The notes below the pieces were generated by a model. The model was not told where the DNA came from. It did not search any database and worked only from the letters and a program-made list of their open reading frames with translations. DNA of 64,000 nucleotides from Minisyncoccota bacterium (GTDB lineage Bacteria > Patescibacteriota > Minisyncoccia > Phycocordibacterales > Phycocordibacteraceae), in assembly GCA_035627655.1 (NCBI GenBank), contig DASPLI010000001.1:24265-88264 (forward strand). Direction: 5' to 3'. Each line of letters starts with the position of its first letter. Position 1 is the stretch's first letter. The position numbers and the translations under genes were made by a program. This document shows positions 1 to 8,960 of the stretch, in pieces.

Positions 1-354
1 GGGCAGATGACTTGAGTGCCCGAAAATAAGCACGTTCCCTTCCTCTCCTGGGACGCCAGAGACTGGGTAACGAACTGCCCCCTTGAGAAGCGCGGCATCC
101 AAGGTCGCAATATCGGTGCTCTCCGGATTAGCGACACTTGCTCGAATGCCGACCGAAGGAATCTCTATGCCGACAGGAAGCTCGCCCTCCTCCACCACAA
201 CCTCCTCTCCTCCGGTCGGAGGTGTGAATGTTTGCGACTGCGGACCGATACCAAAGATGGCAAGCCCGACCAGAGTCAGGAAAAAGACCAGAGTAAAGAC
301 TCCAGCGAAGAGAAATTTGCGGGCGAGCACCTTCTCAAAAGCGGTCTGAGCCAT
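1..354 (-). CDS. Sortase-family protein (runs off the left edge of the window)
   Basis: Not in the ORF track. Manual translation from ATG 354: MAQTAFEKVLARKFLFAGVFTLVFFLTLVGLAIFGIG...IEIPSVGIRASV...LLKGAVRYPVSGVPGEEGNVLIFGHSSHLP. N-terminal TM plus the sortase PG-x-x-GN-x-x-I-x-GH motif; the catalytic TLxTC lies beyond the window. Confidence 0.8.
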   Translation of the reverse strand, partial: MAQTAFEKVLARKFLFAGVFTLVFFLTLVGLAIFGIGPQSQTFTPPTGGEEVVVEEGELPVGIEIPSVGIRASVANPESTDIATLDAALLKGAVRYPVSGVPGEEGNVLIFGHSSHLP

Positions 355-425
355 ACAACAGCACTGTATCATGCCACGTCTCGAGGGTCTTGACAATACA
401 GACGCTCTATTGTACATTCTCGGCC

Positions 426-1130
426 ATGGCACAAACGACCGATACCGGCACAAAGAAAGCAACCACGAATGGGCTCGCGGTGGTTGGTTTTGGTGCACTC
501 CTCATCGCGGGCATCTTTCTTGCAATCTACGCAGCCCGCTACGTTCCAGAAACGCTCTCCCGTCTGTCTTCAGCGGTGATTCTTTCTTCTGACAACGAGA
601 ACAACGACGACTCCCCTGCTGCAACCTCAACGCCGCAGCGTCCAACGACTCCGTCCACCCCCACGACTCCGACGACTCCAACTACGCCAACGCGTCCAAC
701 CACTCCAACTACCCCGACCGTATCTCCGAACCCTCCGTATGTAACGGTAACCACCCCGACCCTCTACGGACTCCCGGATCTTGCGCTTGTGAATGTTGAG
801 GCTGGCTACTTCCGCGGCTCAACGTTTGTTGAAGACAACGAAGTGCCTGACGGTCGCGACGCTGCGGTAAAGTTCACGGTCCGCAACACCGGCACGAACG
901 CTGCATCTGGCTGGTCAGTCCGCGTCGACGTTGAAAACGACGACACCGCAATTGCATCGGGCGGCTACCTCCTACCAAACGGCTATCAGAACTTCACACT
1001 CCGTATTACGGATCCTGAGGAAGGTGACAATACGGAAATTGAAATTGATGTTGACTATCAGAGCCGCGTCACTGAATCTAACGAGCGAAACAACGACGAA
1101 ACGATTGAGCTCGATATTGAACGCGACTAA
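426..1130 (+). CDS. Membrane-anchored protein with Pro/Thr linker and C-terminal CARDB/Ig-like domain
   Basis: N-terminal TM, (PTT)n linker, and CARDB hallmarks LPDLAL, FTVRNTG and VTESNERNN. Start placed at ATG 426, 7 nt after TACATT. Confidence 0.75.
   Translation: MAQTTDTGTKKATTNGLAVVGFGALLIAGIFLAIYAARYVPETLSRLSSAVILSSDNENNDDSPAATSTPQRPTTPSTPTTPTTPTTPTRPTTPTTPTVSPNPPYVTVTTPTLYGLPDLALVNVEAGYFRGSTFVEDNEVPDGRDAAVKFTVRNTGTNAASGWSVRVDVENDDTAIASGGYLLPNGYQNFTLRITDPEEGDNTEIEIDVDYQSRVTESNERNNDETIELDIERD
620..725 (+). repeat. Pro-Thr-Thr low-complexity coding repeat
   Basis: ATSTPQRPTTPSTPTTPTTPTTPTRPTTPTTPT. Confidence 0.8.
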
Positions 1131-1142
1131 TACCACTTACTG

Positions 1143-1170
1143 AAAACACCCCGGATACCCGGGGCGTTTT
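1143..1170. terminator. Intrinsic terminator hairpin
   Basis: aaaacaccccgg-atac-ccggggcgtttt just after the CARDB gene stop. Confidence 0.7.
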
Positions 1171-1212
1171 CATTATCTGAAGACCTGTTATAGTCTCCCG
1201 CGGAGGAAACCA

Positions 1213-1365
1213 ATGGATTTTCTGACCTTCGTTTTGGAGGTAGCGCTCGGCGTTCTTATAGCACTTCTCTTGGTGGTCGGTTTTACCGCCCTCAGAATTG
1301 CGTGGGAACTCATTTTTCTTACAGATGAGGAAATTTGCACGCGCTACGATCTGCCCCCGCCGTAA
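1213..1365 (+). CDS. 50-aa single-pass membrane microprotein
   Basis: Not in the ORF track. MDFLTFVLEVALGVLIALLLVVGFTALRIAWELIFLTDEEICTRYDLPPP; GGAGG at 1202-1206, TGnTATAGT at 1186-1194, hairpin downstream. Confidence 0.65.
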   Translation: MDFLTFVLEVALGVLIALLLVVGFTALRIAWELIFLTDEEICTRYDLPPP

Positions 1366-1372
1366 TAACGAC

Positions 1373-1397
1373 GAACCGCTCCCTCTCGGAGCGGTTC
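1373..1397. terminator. Hairpin terminator between the convergent microprotein gene and gyrB
   Basis: gaaccgctcc-ctctc-ggagcggttc. Confidence 0.65.
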
Positions 1398-1400
1398 TTG

Positions 1401-3521
1401 CTATACATCGATATTCGCGAGTTTTGCGTTCGATTGAATGAAGGATTTGCGGCTTGCGACATCCGTACCCATGAGAATATCGAAGATGCGGTCTGCATCC
1501 TGCGCATCTTCGATGGTGACGCGCTTCAGGACGCGACGTGCCGGATCCATGGTCGTCTCCCATAGTTCAGATGCGTTCATCTCGCCAAGACCCTTGTAGC
1601 GTTGCTGATTGATACGAGCCGGTTTCTTCTTTGCCTTCGTGTCTTCAACTACTTCCTGCTCCTCGCCCTCAACAGGCTCTGGTTCTGATTCTTCTGCCGC
1701 AACTTCTACTTCGGTCGGATCGGCACCAAGACTCTTCAAGATTCGTGCCTTATCGTCATCGGTATACGCGTAGTAGATCTCTTTCCCGCGCGTCAGCTTA
1801 AAGAGCGGCGGCTGGGCGATGAATACGTGCCCGCTATCAATAAGGGGACGGAAGTGGCGATACAAAAGCGTGAGAAGAAGTGTACGAATGTGTGCACCGT
1901 CCACGTCGGCATCGGTTGCGATGATGATCTTGTGATAGCGAAGCTTCGCGATATCAAACACGTCTCCGATTGCCGTGCCAAGCGCAACCACGAGGTTCTT
2001 GATCTGCTCAGACGCGAGCATCTTATCGAGGCGAGCTCGTTCAATATTCAAAATCTTTCCGCGAAGCGGGAGGATTGCCTGGGTTCTGCGATCCCGACCC
2101 GTTTTTGCTGTACCACCTGCGGAATCTCCCTCTACGATAAAGAGTTCTGATTCAGCCGCATCCTTGGTCTGGCAGTCTGCGAGCTTGCCAGGGAGCGTCA
2201 TGCCCTCGAGCGCACCCTTACGAAGCACCGACTCCTTTGCAGCCTTTGCCGCCTTGCGCGCCTTCAGCGCAAGGAGCACCTTGTTGACGATGGCGCGTGC
2301 ATCATCCGGACTCTCTTCAAGGAAGGTCGCAAACGCGTCTCCAAACACTGCCTCTACCGCGCCGCGCGCTTCAACAGATCCGAGCTTTGCCTTGGTCTGC
2401 CCTTCGAACTGAATTTCGGGCATCTTGATCGAAACCACGCCTGTAATGCCTTCAAGCGCATCATCTCCCGTGAAGTTCTCTTCGCTTTCCTTAAGGATGC
2501 CCGCCTTGCGACCATAGGAGTTGAGCGTGCGCGTCAGCGCCGTCTTAAAGCCGGTCACGTGCGTACCGTGCTCAGGATTGTAGATGTTGTTTGCAAACGC
2601 CAAGAGGCGCGGCGAAATGTCATCGACGTACTGAAGCGCGACCTCGACCGTAACACCATCCTTCTCCGAATCGACGTAGAACACGTTCTTATGAACCGGT
2701 GACTGATGCTGGTTGTAGAAAGAAACCAAGGAGCGAAGGCCGCCTTCAAAGTAGAAGGACATGGATGGTACCTCGAGCTGGAGTTCGCGAAGATAGAGTA
2801 CGTCTTCGCCTTCCGATGCCTGCGCATTCTCGCGCGCATCGATTACGGAAATGCGCGTACCCTTAACGAGGTATGCCTGCTGGCGCATATGGCCCACCAA
2901 CTTGTCCCAGTTCTGCTCGATACCGGCGGTGAAAATCGTCTCGTCAGGGCGGAAGTAGGTAATAGTGCCGTGAAGATTGGTCTTACCAATCTGTTTGACC
3001 TTGCCCTGTGGCTTTCCGATCTTGTACTCCTGCATGTGAATGCCGCCGTCCTTATGGACGATAACCTTTGCATTTGTCGAAAGCGCATTCACGACTGATG
3101 CGCCCACGCCGTGAAGACCGCCGGAGACTTTGTACCCTGACTCTTCGCCGCCGAACTTACCGCCGGCATGCAGCTGCGTCATAACCATCTCGAGTGCGGA
3201 AATCTTTGTCTTCGGATGAATGTTTACCGGAATACCACGACCGTTGTCCGCAACACGCACATACCCTCCTGGAAGCAGCGCGATCTCGATGTCATCTGCA
3301 AAACCACCCATCGCTTCATCACGTGAGTTGTCGAAGATTTCCGTAACCAGGTGATAGAGACCCTCAGGACCCGTGGTCCCGATGTACATGCCTGGTCGCT
3401 TGCGGACCGGATCAAGACCCTCAAGAACTTGAATGGAAGAAGCGTCGTACGCCTTGCCTTTTGAAGCAGTGGCAGCGCCAGAAGCGCCGCTTTTAGCCTT
3501 TGTTTCCTTCGCTTTTGGCAT
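1401..3521 (-). CDS. gyrB: DNA gyrase subunit B
   Basis: VRKRPGMYIG, GGLHGVGASVVNALS, FIVEGDSAGG, PLRGKILN, TDADVDG, RYKGLGEM. Confidence 0.96.
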   Translation of the reverse strand: MPKAKETKAKSGASGAATASKGKAYDASSIQVLEGLDPVRKRPGMYIGTTGPEGLYHLVTEIFDNSRDEAMGGFADDIEIALLPGGYVRVADNGRGIPVNIHPKTKISALEMVMTQLHAGGKFGGEESGYKVSGGLHGVGASVVNALSTNAKVIVHKDGGIHMQEYKIGKPQGKVKQIGKTNLHGTITYFRPDETIFTAGIEQNWDKLVGHMRQQAYLVKGTRISVIDARENAQASEGEDVLYLRELQLEVPSMSFYFEGGLRSLVSFYNQHQSPVHKNVFYVDSEKDGVTVEVALQYVDDISPRLLAFANNIYNPEHGTHVTGFKTALTRTLNSYGRKAGILKESEENFTGDDALEGITGVVSIKMPEIQFEGQTKAKLGSVEARGAVEAVFGDAFATFLEESPDDARAIVNKVLLALKARKAAKAAKESVLRKGALEGMTLPGKLADCQTKDAAESELFIVEGDSAGGTAKTGRDRRTQAILPLRGKILNIERARLDKMLASEQIKNLVVALGTAIGDVFDIAKLRYHKIIIATDADVDGAHIRTLLLTLLYRHFRPLIDSGHVFIAQPPLFKLTRGKEIYYAYTDDDKARILKSLGADPTEVEVAAEESEPEPVEGEEQEVVEDTKAKKKPARINQQRYKGLGEMNASELWETTMDPARRVLKRVTIEDAQDADRIFDILMGTDVASRKSFIQSNAKLANIDV

Positions 3522-3576
3522 GATTTTGTTACCAGAAGTATAGCACGAATTACGTATGGAAGCTTGAGTGCAAACA

Positions 3577-3605
3577 TTGACAATATAAATACTAGATGGT
3601 ATAAT
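3577..3605 (+). promoter_or_regulatory. Perfect consensus sigma70 promoter (TTGACA-17 nt-TATAAT, with extended TG)
   Basis: TTGACA at 3577-3582, 17-nt spacer ending TGG, TATAAT at 3600-3605. Confidence 0.85.
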
Positions 3606-3655
3606 ACGATACAGGTGTGACGGGTGCTTTTGCCCGTCGATGTATGGAGAAATTC

Positions 3656-3934
3656 ATGCGTATTGTTCTTGTTGCAGCTGCACTCCTCGCTCTTGCGTCC
3701 TGCGCGCCGCCCGCCAACAGCCAAAATTCTGTGGGCAATGGCAGCAACTGTCCGATCGTTGACTACGGAAACGGCGTGTACTACTTCGACTGCATTGAAG
3801 GCTCGTTCGCAGACGCGTTGAGCCGCTTCAAAGCAGCGGAGCCGAATTACGAAGTCACGGCAATGACAGCGGACGGCAACGGCGGCTACGGCAGAGACAC
3901 GGGCTACTTCGTTTCTGTCGAACCACGCAGCTAA
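3656..3934 (+). CDS. Small putative lipoprotein
   Basis: MRIVLVAAALLALASC contains a lipobox (LASC); GGAG precedes ATG 3656. Confidence 0.7.
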   Translation: MRIVLVAAALLALASCAPPANSQNSVGNGSNCPIVDYGNGVYYFDCIEGSFADALSRFKAAEPNYEVTAMTADGNGGYGRDTGYFVSVEPRS

Positions 3935-3946
3935 ACAGCAACACCC

Positions 3947-3976
3947 GATCGCCGGCGCTTCAACGCGCTGGCGATC
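3947..3976. terminator. Hairpin terminator between the lipoprotein gene and pheT
   Basis: gatcgccggcgc-ttcaac-gcgctggcgatc followed by a T-rich tract. Confidence 0.65.
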
Positions 3977-3988
3977 ATTGTTTTTATA

Positions 3989-5878
3989 CTAACGAACTTG
4001 CCACCCTTCCCTCCCGTTGAGCGCGGTCGTAATGCGCTCCATAGTGGGATTGAGATCTGTATCGGAAAGAGTTCGTTCTGAGCTCTCAAACACGAGTCGG
4101 AAGGCATGGGATACCCGACCGTCTTTCTCGAATCGATCGAAGAGGTCTATGCGTGCAAGCAGATCTCCCGCCTGCGAGATAATCGCATTTGCCACCTCTG
4201 TCTCTTCCGTTCCCACGGGAGACCACACTGCAATATCACGAAGTGCCGAAGGATATAGCGAGAACTGTCGGAATTTCTGCAGCATCACTCGCTCCGGCTC
4301 ATAGCCTTCTGCAAGTTTAGATAGATCAAGATTATCTAGGCGAATCTCAACAACGCCCTCCTCTCCTGCGACAACTGGCGCTCCAAGAAGATCCGTCAGC
4401 GCATCGGCAATTTCTACAAGAAACGCACGCTTCTTCCCGCTCAGTTGATGGTATCCAAGACACACACGAACTTCCTCTCCTTCTTTCGTAAACACGTTAC
4501 CGATTTCAAAGAGTCGAACGCTCTCGTCCGGACCCAGAACGCGTGGCGCTACTTGAGTAGCACGCAGTACGGCATCCTGCATATTCTTTGAGAGACTCGC
4601 ACGCAGCCAGGGGCGATCCTCCTGCAGTGGGTTGGCAAGCGCGATATCGCCTTCGGTCGAAAACGCTGGCGTTGATATCTCGGTAAACCCGCGCTCGATA
4701 AGCACATCCTTAATGCGCTCAATAGCTCGATACCGAAGCTGGTCTGGCAGGACCGGAAGTGCAGGAAGCGCGTGCGAAGCAATTCGCTGGTACCCCAAAA
4801 TGCGTCCAGCTTCTTCGATCAGATCTTCAGGGATCTGGAGATCTCGCCGCTCAAAAGGTGGCGTCACGGTAAAGATTCGATTCTCTTCTCGAAATGGCAG
4901 GTCGAGCCTATCGAATGCCTGCGCAACTTCGTGCGCACCAAATTCGCTCCCGAGCACTTTATTGATCTTTTCGAGAGATACCGAGATAGGTGCGAGATGT
5001 TCTTGCGGCAGACCGGCACGCACGTCCGTTACGCCTTCAAGCGTTCCGCCAGCAAGTTCTTGTATAAGAGTAAGCACGTCACGCATGCCATAGGCAGCGA
5101 GTTCTGGAGAAATGCGGTTCTGGAAGCGTGCGGAGGCGTCGGTAAATAGCTTGAGTGTTTGCGCTGAGCGGCGAACGGACGGACCGTTGAAGTTTGCCGA
5201 CTCTATAACGATGTCAGTTGTTGCCTCCGTAATCTCAGCCGCCTTCCCGCCCTTCACGCCCGCAATCCCGACTGCAGTATCCTTGGCCGCATCAACAATC
5301 AGAAGCGTTCCCTCAGGCAGGACGTACTCATCTCCTGAAAGCGTCGTTATCTTCTCGCCCTCAAATGCGCCTCGAACGGCAATCGCGTACTTGCCGTCTT
5401 TCGAGCCAAGCCGAGCCGCATCAAACGCATGGAGCGGCTGTCCTATATTGAGCATGACGTAGTTCGTGGCGTCGACCACGTTATTGATTGAGCGTTGTCC
5501 TACCGCTTCAAGCGCCTCTTTCAACCAGGCGGGTGACGGACCGACAGAAACCCCGCGCACAATTGCGCCCATGTATCGAAAACACTCATGCCCGTCTTCA
5601 ATAGACACGCTTAGTGCCGATGCTGTCGGAAATTCGGGTAGTGGCATGCGCAGCGGATCTTCTTTCACCGGTTGGCCAACCAACGCAGCGACTTCTTTTG
5701 CAATGCCACGATGCGAGAGTGCATATGCCGCACGATCCGGCAGTATTTTTACATCCAAGAGATCTCCGTGCGCCTCTTCTATCTCAAACGCGTGAAAGGT
5801 AAGAAGTTCAGCAAGTTCCTCGACCGATGGGAGGTCGGCAGCGAAATACTTTTGCAGCCAGGTGCGAGAGACTTTCAT
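3989..5878 (-). CDS. pheT: Phenylalanyl-tRNA synthetase beta subunit (short form)
   Basis: MKVSRTWL, RSINNVVDATNYVML, GQPLHAFD, RRDLQIPEDLIEE, and C-terminal FDX-ACB (RDIA, RTLSD); overlaps the pheS stop. Confidence 0.93.
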   Translation of the reverse strand: MKVSRTWLQKYFAADLPSVEELAELLTFHAFEIEEAHGDLLDVKILPDRAAYALSHRGIAKEVAALVGQPVKEDPLRMPLPEFPTASALSVSIEDGHECFRYMGAIVRGVSVGPSPAWLKEALEAVGQRSINNVVDATNYVMLNIGQPLHAFDAARLGSKDGKYAIAVRGAFEGEKITTLSGDEYVLPEGTLLIVDAAKDTAVGIAGVKGGKAAEITEATTDIVIESANFNGPSVRRSAQTLKLFTDASARFQNRISPELAAYGMRDVLTLIQELAGGTLEGVTDVRAGLPQEHLAPISVSLEKINKVLGSEFGAHEVAQAFDRLDLPFREENRIFTVTPPFERRDLQIPEDLIEEAGRILGYQRIASHALPALPVLPDQLRYRAIERIKDVLIERGFTEISTPAFSTEGDIALANPLQEDRPWLRASLSKNMQDAVLRATQVAPRVLGPDESVRLFEIGNVFTKEGEEVRVCLGYHQLSGKKRAFLVEIADALTDLLGAPVVAGEEGVVEIRLDNLDLSKLAEGYEPERVMLQKFRQFSLYPSALRDIAVWSPVGTEETEVANAIISQAGDLLARIDLFDRFEKDGRVSHAFRLVFESSERTLSDTDLNPTMERITTALNGREGWQVR

Positions 5879-6606
5879 AGATTTGTTTCGTCAAAGGCGT
5901 ACACGAAGCGAATATCGCCGTTATGGAAGTACCGCACATCTGGGACGCCATACTTCACCATCAGCAACCGCTCGATGCCGGTTCCAAACGCAAACCCCTG
6001 ATACTTCTCCGGATCCACACCAGCGTTCTTGAGCACGCTTGGATGCACCATCCCGGCCCCCATAACCTCAAGCCACTTTCCTTCTTTGCCCGGAGCTTCA
6101 AACCACACATCCACTTCGACTCCTGGCTCGACAAACGGGAAGTAGCTCGGACGGAAACGCACTTTTGCGCCTTCACCGAAGTATTCGAGACAGAATCGCT
6201 CAACCGTTCCCTTGAGGTCTGCAAGCGAGACACGGTCGCCAATTGCCAAACCTTCGCACTGATAGAACTGCGCCTCGTGCGTGGCGTCCGTTGCTTCGTT
6301 ACGAAACACTTTGCCCGGCACAATAATCCGATACGGTGGTGGCACACCCTCTTTCATCTTCGCTTCCATGTAGCGAATCTGCACGGGTGACGTCTGTGTC
6401 CGCGGAACGCGAGGAGTAGCTTCCTTAGTCCAGAAGGTATCCTGCATGTCTCTGGCCGGATGATCAGACGGCATGTTGAGCGCGTCGAAGTTGTAGTGCT
6501 CTTCCTCGAGTTCTGGACCGAAGGCAAAGGAAAAACCCATCTTTCCGAAAATATCCGCAATTTCGCGGATGGCGATCGTTACGGGATGGAGTCGGCCCTG
6601 TTCCAT
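5875..6606 (-). CDS. pheS: Phenylalanyl-tRNA synthetase alpha subunit (catalytic core only)
   Basis: NFDALN-HPARDMQDTF, RTQTSPVQIR, FRPSYFPFVEP, GFAFGTGIERL. Start ATG 6606 is 8 nt after TATACT. Confidence 0.95.
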   Translation of the reverse strand: MEQGRLHPVTIAIREIADIFGKMGFSFAFGPELEEEHYNFDALNMPSDHPARDMQDTFWTKEATPRVPRTQTSPVQIRYMEAKMKEGVPPPYRIIVPGKVFRNEATDATHEAQFYQCEGLAIGDRVSLADLKGTVERFCLEYFGEGAKVRFRPSYFPFVEPGVEVDVWFEAPGKEGKWLEVMGAGMVHPSVLKNAGVDPEKYQGFAFGTGIERLLMVKYGVPDVRYFHNGDIRFVYAFDETNL

Positions 6607-6684
6607 ATCCACGCAGTATACTAAACGGCCCCCGAATAGGAAAAAGAGGGTCAATTTGCTATACTAAGGGGCACGTTTGGGCAT

Positions 6685-7935
6685 ATGATGGACCTCACGC
6701 TTCTCGCGTATCCTTTCTTGTTTGCGGCCATCTATTTTGAGGCCTTTTTGCTCGTAACCTTCCTTTCAAAGCCTGCCCGCGACATGCGCGAGCGGGCTGC
6801 TTCTACAAAGACGCCGACAGTCGCCATGATCGTCCCCTGCTACAACGAGGGTGAGACAGTCCGCGGCACCACCGACTCCCTCTTGGCGCTCGATTACCCA
6901 AAGGACCGCCTCCAGATCATTCTCGTCAATGACGGCTCGACCGACTCCACAAAGGAGGTGATGGATAGCTATAAAAACCATCCGCAGGTCACCGTTATTC
7001 ATAAAGAAAACGGCGGCAAACACACTGCGCTCAACGCTGGCATCGCTGCAACCGATGCAGAGATCTTCGGCTGCTTGGACGCCGACTCATTTGTTGAGAA
7101 AAACGCCCTTCGCGAAATGATCAGCTGCTTTGACGCGCCGGAAGTTGCAGCAGCAACCGCTGCCATGTCGGTGCACAAGCCGACAAACGTTCTTGAGCGC
7201 ATGCAGAACGCCGAATACATCATGGGTATCGCTCTTCGGCACATTCTTGCTTCGGTAAACGGCATTTACGTTACCCCAGGCCCGTTCTCGCTCTATCGCC
7301 GTTCCGTTATTGAAAAAGTCGGAGGCTTCCGTCGCGGACATAACACCGAAGACATGGAAATGGCGCTCCGCATTCAAAAGGCTGGCTACACGATTGAGAG
7401 CGCTCCGCGCGCGCTTGTCTTTACAAAGACGCCGAAAACCGTTCCTGCGCTCGTGAAGCAGCGCGTACGCTGGACGACTGGCTTCCTGCGGAACATGCTC
7501 TACGACTACCGCGAACTCATCGGGAATCCTCGCTATGGAGCGCTTGGCACCATCGTGCTCCCGCTTGGCTTTTTTGCCATTGTCGGCGGCCTCCTTATGT
7601 TTGGCATCGTGATTTATCAGCTCGGCTATAACCTCGTACAGGCACTGATCGTCACGTCGGGCGTCCCGCTTTCCTATACGCTTGCCAACCTCATTCCAAA
7701 CTTTTCACACTTTGAATGGTTCTATATTCCGCTCACCTTCTTTGCTCTTCTTTCAACCGTCGCACTGCTTGGCTCTATCGCATTTATCCTTGTCGGACGA
7801 ACGATTTCAAAAACACCAGGCTCACTGGGTATTGCTATTCTAGGCTGGATGCTTTTGTATGGACTAGTGGCTCCCCTCTGGCTCCTGGGTTCGGTTGCGG
7901 ACGTCGCTGCTGGCACGAAACGCTCCTGGCGCTAA
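6685..7935 (+). CDS. Processive GT2 glycosyltransferase (PgaC/IcaA/cellulose-synthase-like)
   Basis: VPCYNE, NDGSTD, LDADS, TED and QRVRW motifs with flanking TM helices. Confidence 0.88.
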   Translation: MMDLTLLAYPFLFAAIYFEAFLLVTFLSKPARDMRERAASTKTPTVAMIVPCYNEGETVRGTTDSLLALDYPKDRLQIILVNDGSTDSTKEVMDSYKNHPQVTVIHKENGGKHTALNAGIAATDAEIFGCLDADSFVEKNALREMISCFDAPEVAAATAAMSVHKPTNVLERMQNAEYIMGIALRHILASVNGIYVTPGPFSLYRRSVIEKVGGFRRGHNTEDMEMALRIQKAGYTIESAPRALVFTKTPKTVPALVKQRVRWTTGFLRNMLYDYRELIGNPRYGALGTIVLPLGFFAIVGGLLMFGIVIYQLGYNLVQALIVTSGVPLSYTLANLIPNFSHFEWFYIPLTFFALLSTVALLGSIAFILVGRTISKTPGSLGIAILGWMLLYGLVAPLWLLGSVADVAAGTKRSWR

Positions 7936-7948
7936 CAACTAACTTCCT

Positions 7949-8620
7949 ATGTCTCTGACAACTCGAAACGCTCTTATCGCGCTTGCGATTACGATCGCCA
8001 TCATCGGCACGGTCGTATTTGCCGTAAACTTCCTCAATGCACAACGCATTGCTGAGCTTCGCGCTATTGAAGACCAGCTTGCGACCGACACGCTTTCTAT
8101 CGAAACGCAGTTCGCCCTCCTTGCTGAGGCGCCCTGTGAAGACATTTCCGAAGGCACCGGACTTACCCAAGAAGTGGGCGGCATTGGGGACCGGCTTGCA
8201 TACACAGAAGAGCGTCTTGGCGCGACTGATCCTGAGGTAGTACGCCTCAAGGAGCGCTACACGCTTCTGCAGATCCGCGACTACCTCCTTACCAAACGCC
8301 TCGAGCGCGCCTGCGGCATTGAGCCAGTTGTTGCGCTCTACTTCTATTCGAACGTTCCGGGTGAGTGTCAGGACTGCGACCGCGCCGGATACGCACTCTC
8401 CTATCTCCGTCAGACCTATCCCTCACTCCGCGTCTACTCCTTCGATTACCATCTTGATCTTGCCGCCCTCAAGACCTTGATCGCTGTTGAAAAGGTAGAT
8501 GCGCAGTTCCCAGCGTTTGTCATCGAAGACAAGCAGTACTACGGCTTTACCACGCTTGAAGAGCTTGAAGAGCAGTTCCCTGAAGAACTGTTTGAGAGTG
8601 CCACCTCAACTACGCAATAG
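7949..8620 (+). CDS. Membrane-anchored protein with coiled coil and thioredoxin-like CxxC domain
   Basis: N-terminal TM; LYFYS..CQDC and FPAFVI (cis-Pro loop-like); 13 nt downstream of the GT2 gene. Confidence 0.6.
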   Translation: MSLTTRNALIALAITIAIIGTVVFAVNFLNAQRIAELRAIEDQLATDTLSIETQFALLAEAPCEDISEGTGLTQEVGGIGDRLAYTEERLGATDPEVVRLKERYTLLQIRDYLLTKRLERACGIEPVVALYFYSNVPGECQDCDRAGYALSYLRQTYPSLRVYSFDYHLDLAALKTLIAVEKVDAQFPAFVIEDKQYYGFTTLEELEEQFPEELFESATSTTQ

Positions 8621-8623
8621 AAC

Positions 8624-8650
8624 AAAAGCCCGGTACACACCGGGCTTTTT
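8624..8650. terminator. Bidirectional intrinsic terminator
   Basis: aaaagcccggt-acac-accgggctttt. Confidence 0.8.
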
Positions 8651-8651
8651 C

Positions 8652-8846
8652 TCAGGGCTTTAGCTCTTCTGGCTTTGGGAACCCCGCCGCTTGAGCAATG
8701 TCGGGTTTCCGTTTCCAGAAGTCTTCAAGAAACTCCTGAGGGGTCTGGTCAGCGAACGTCTTTTCGACTGCGTCGCGAACCACTCTTGGATCAACGACGC
8801 CCTCAGGAATGATAGGCTCAACATCTTTCGTCACAACGACCTCCAT
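8652..8846 (-). CDS. Small hypothetical protein (64 aa)
   Basis: Fills the gap between tRNA-Thr and the terminator; TATACT upstream; no recognised motif. Confidence 0.45.
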   Translation of the reverse strand: MEVVVTKDVEPIIPEGVVDPRVVRDAVEKTFADQTPQEFLEDFWKRKPDIAQAAGFPKPEELKP

Positions 8847-8880
8847 ACCTATACCTGGCCTAAGTATATCTGCTTTCGAG

Positions 8881-8954
8881 AGCCGGGAGCGAGATTCGAA
8901 CTCGCGACCTGCTGTTTACAAAACAGCTGCTCTAACCAACTGAGCTATCCCGGC
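8881..8954 (-). tRNA. tRNA-Thr(UGU), CCA not encoded
   Basis: GCCGGGATAGCTCAGTTGGTTAGAGCAGCTGT-TTTGTAA-ACAGCAGGTCGCGAGTTCGAATCTCGCTCCCGGCT folds as a cloverleaf with anticodon TGT. Confidence 0.95.
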
Positions 8955-8960
8955 GTTTCT

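Noticed and set aside
16-393. Plus-strand ORFs of 125 and 88 aa in the track
   Set aside because: Antisense shadows of the minus-strand sortase gene.
343-437. Both divergent genes begin with MAQT
   Set aside because: Codons differ and there is no extended inverted repeat; likely coincidence.
8652-8954. tRNA-Thr as a possible integration site
   Set aside because: No integrase and no duplicated tRNA 3' end seen in the window.
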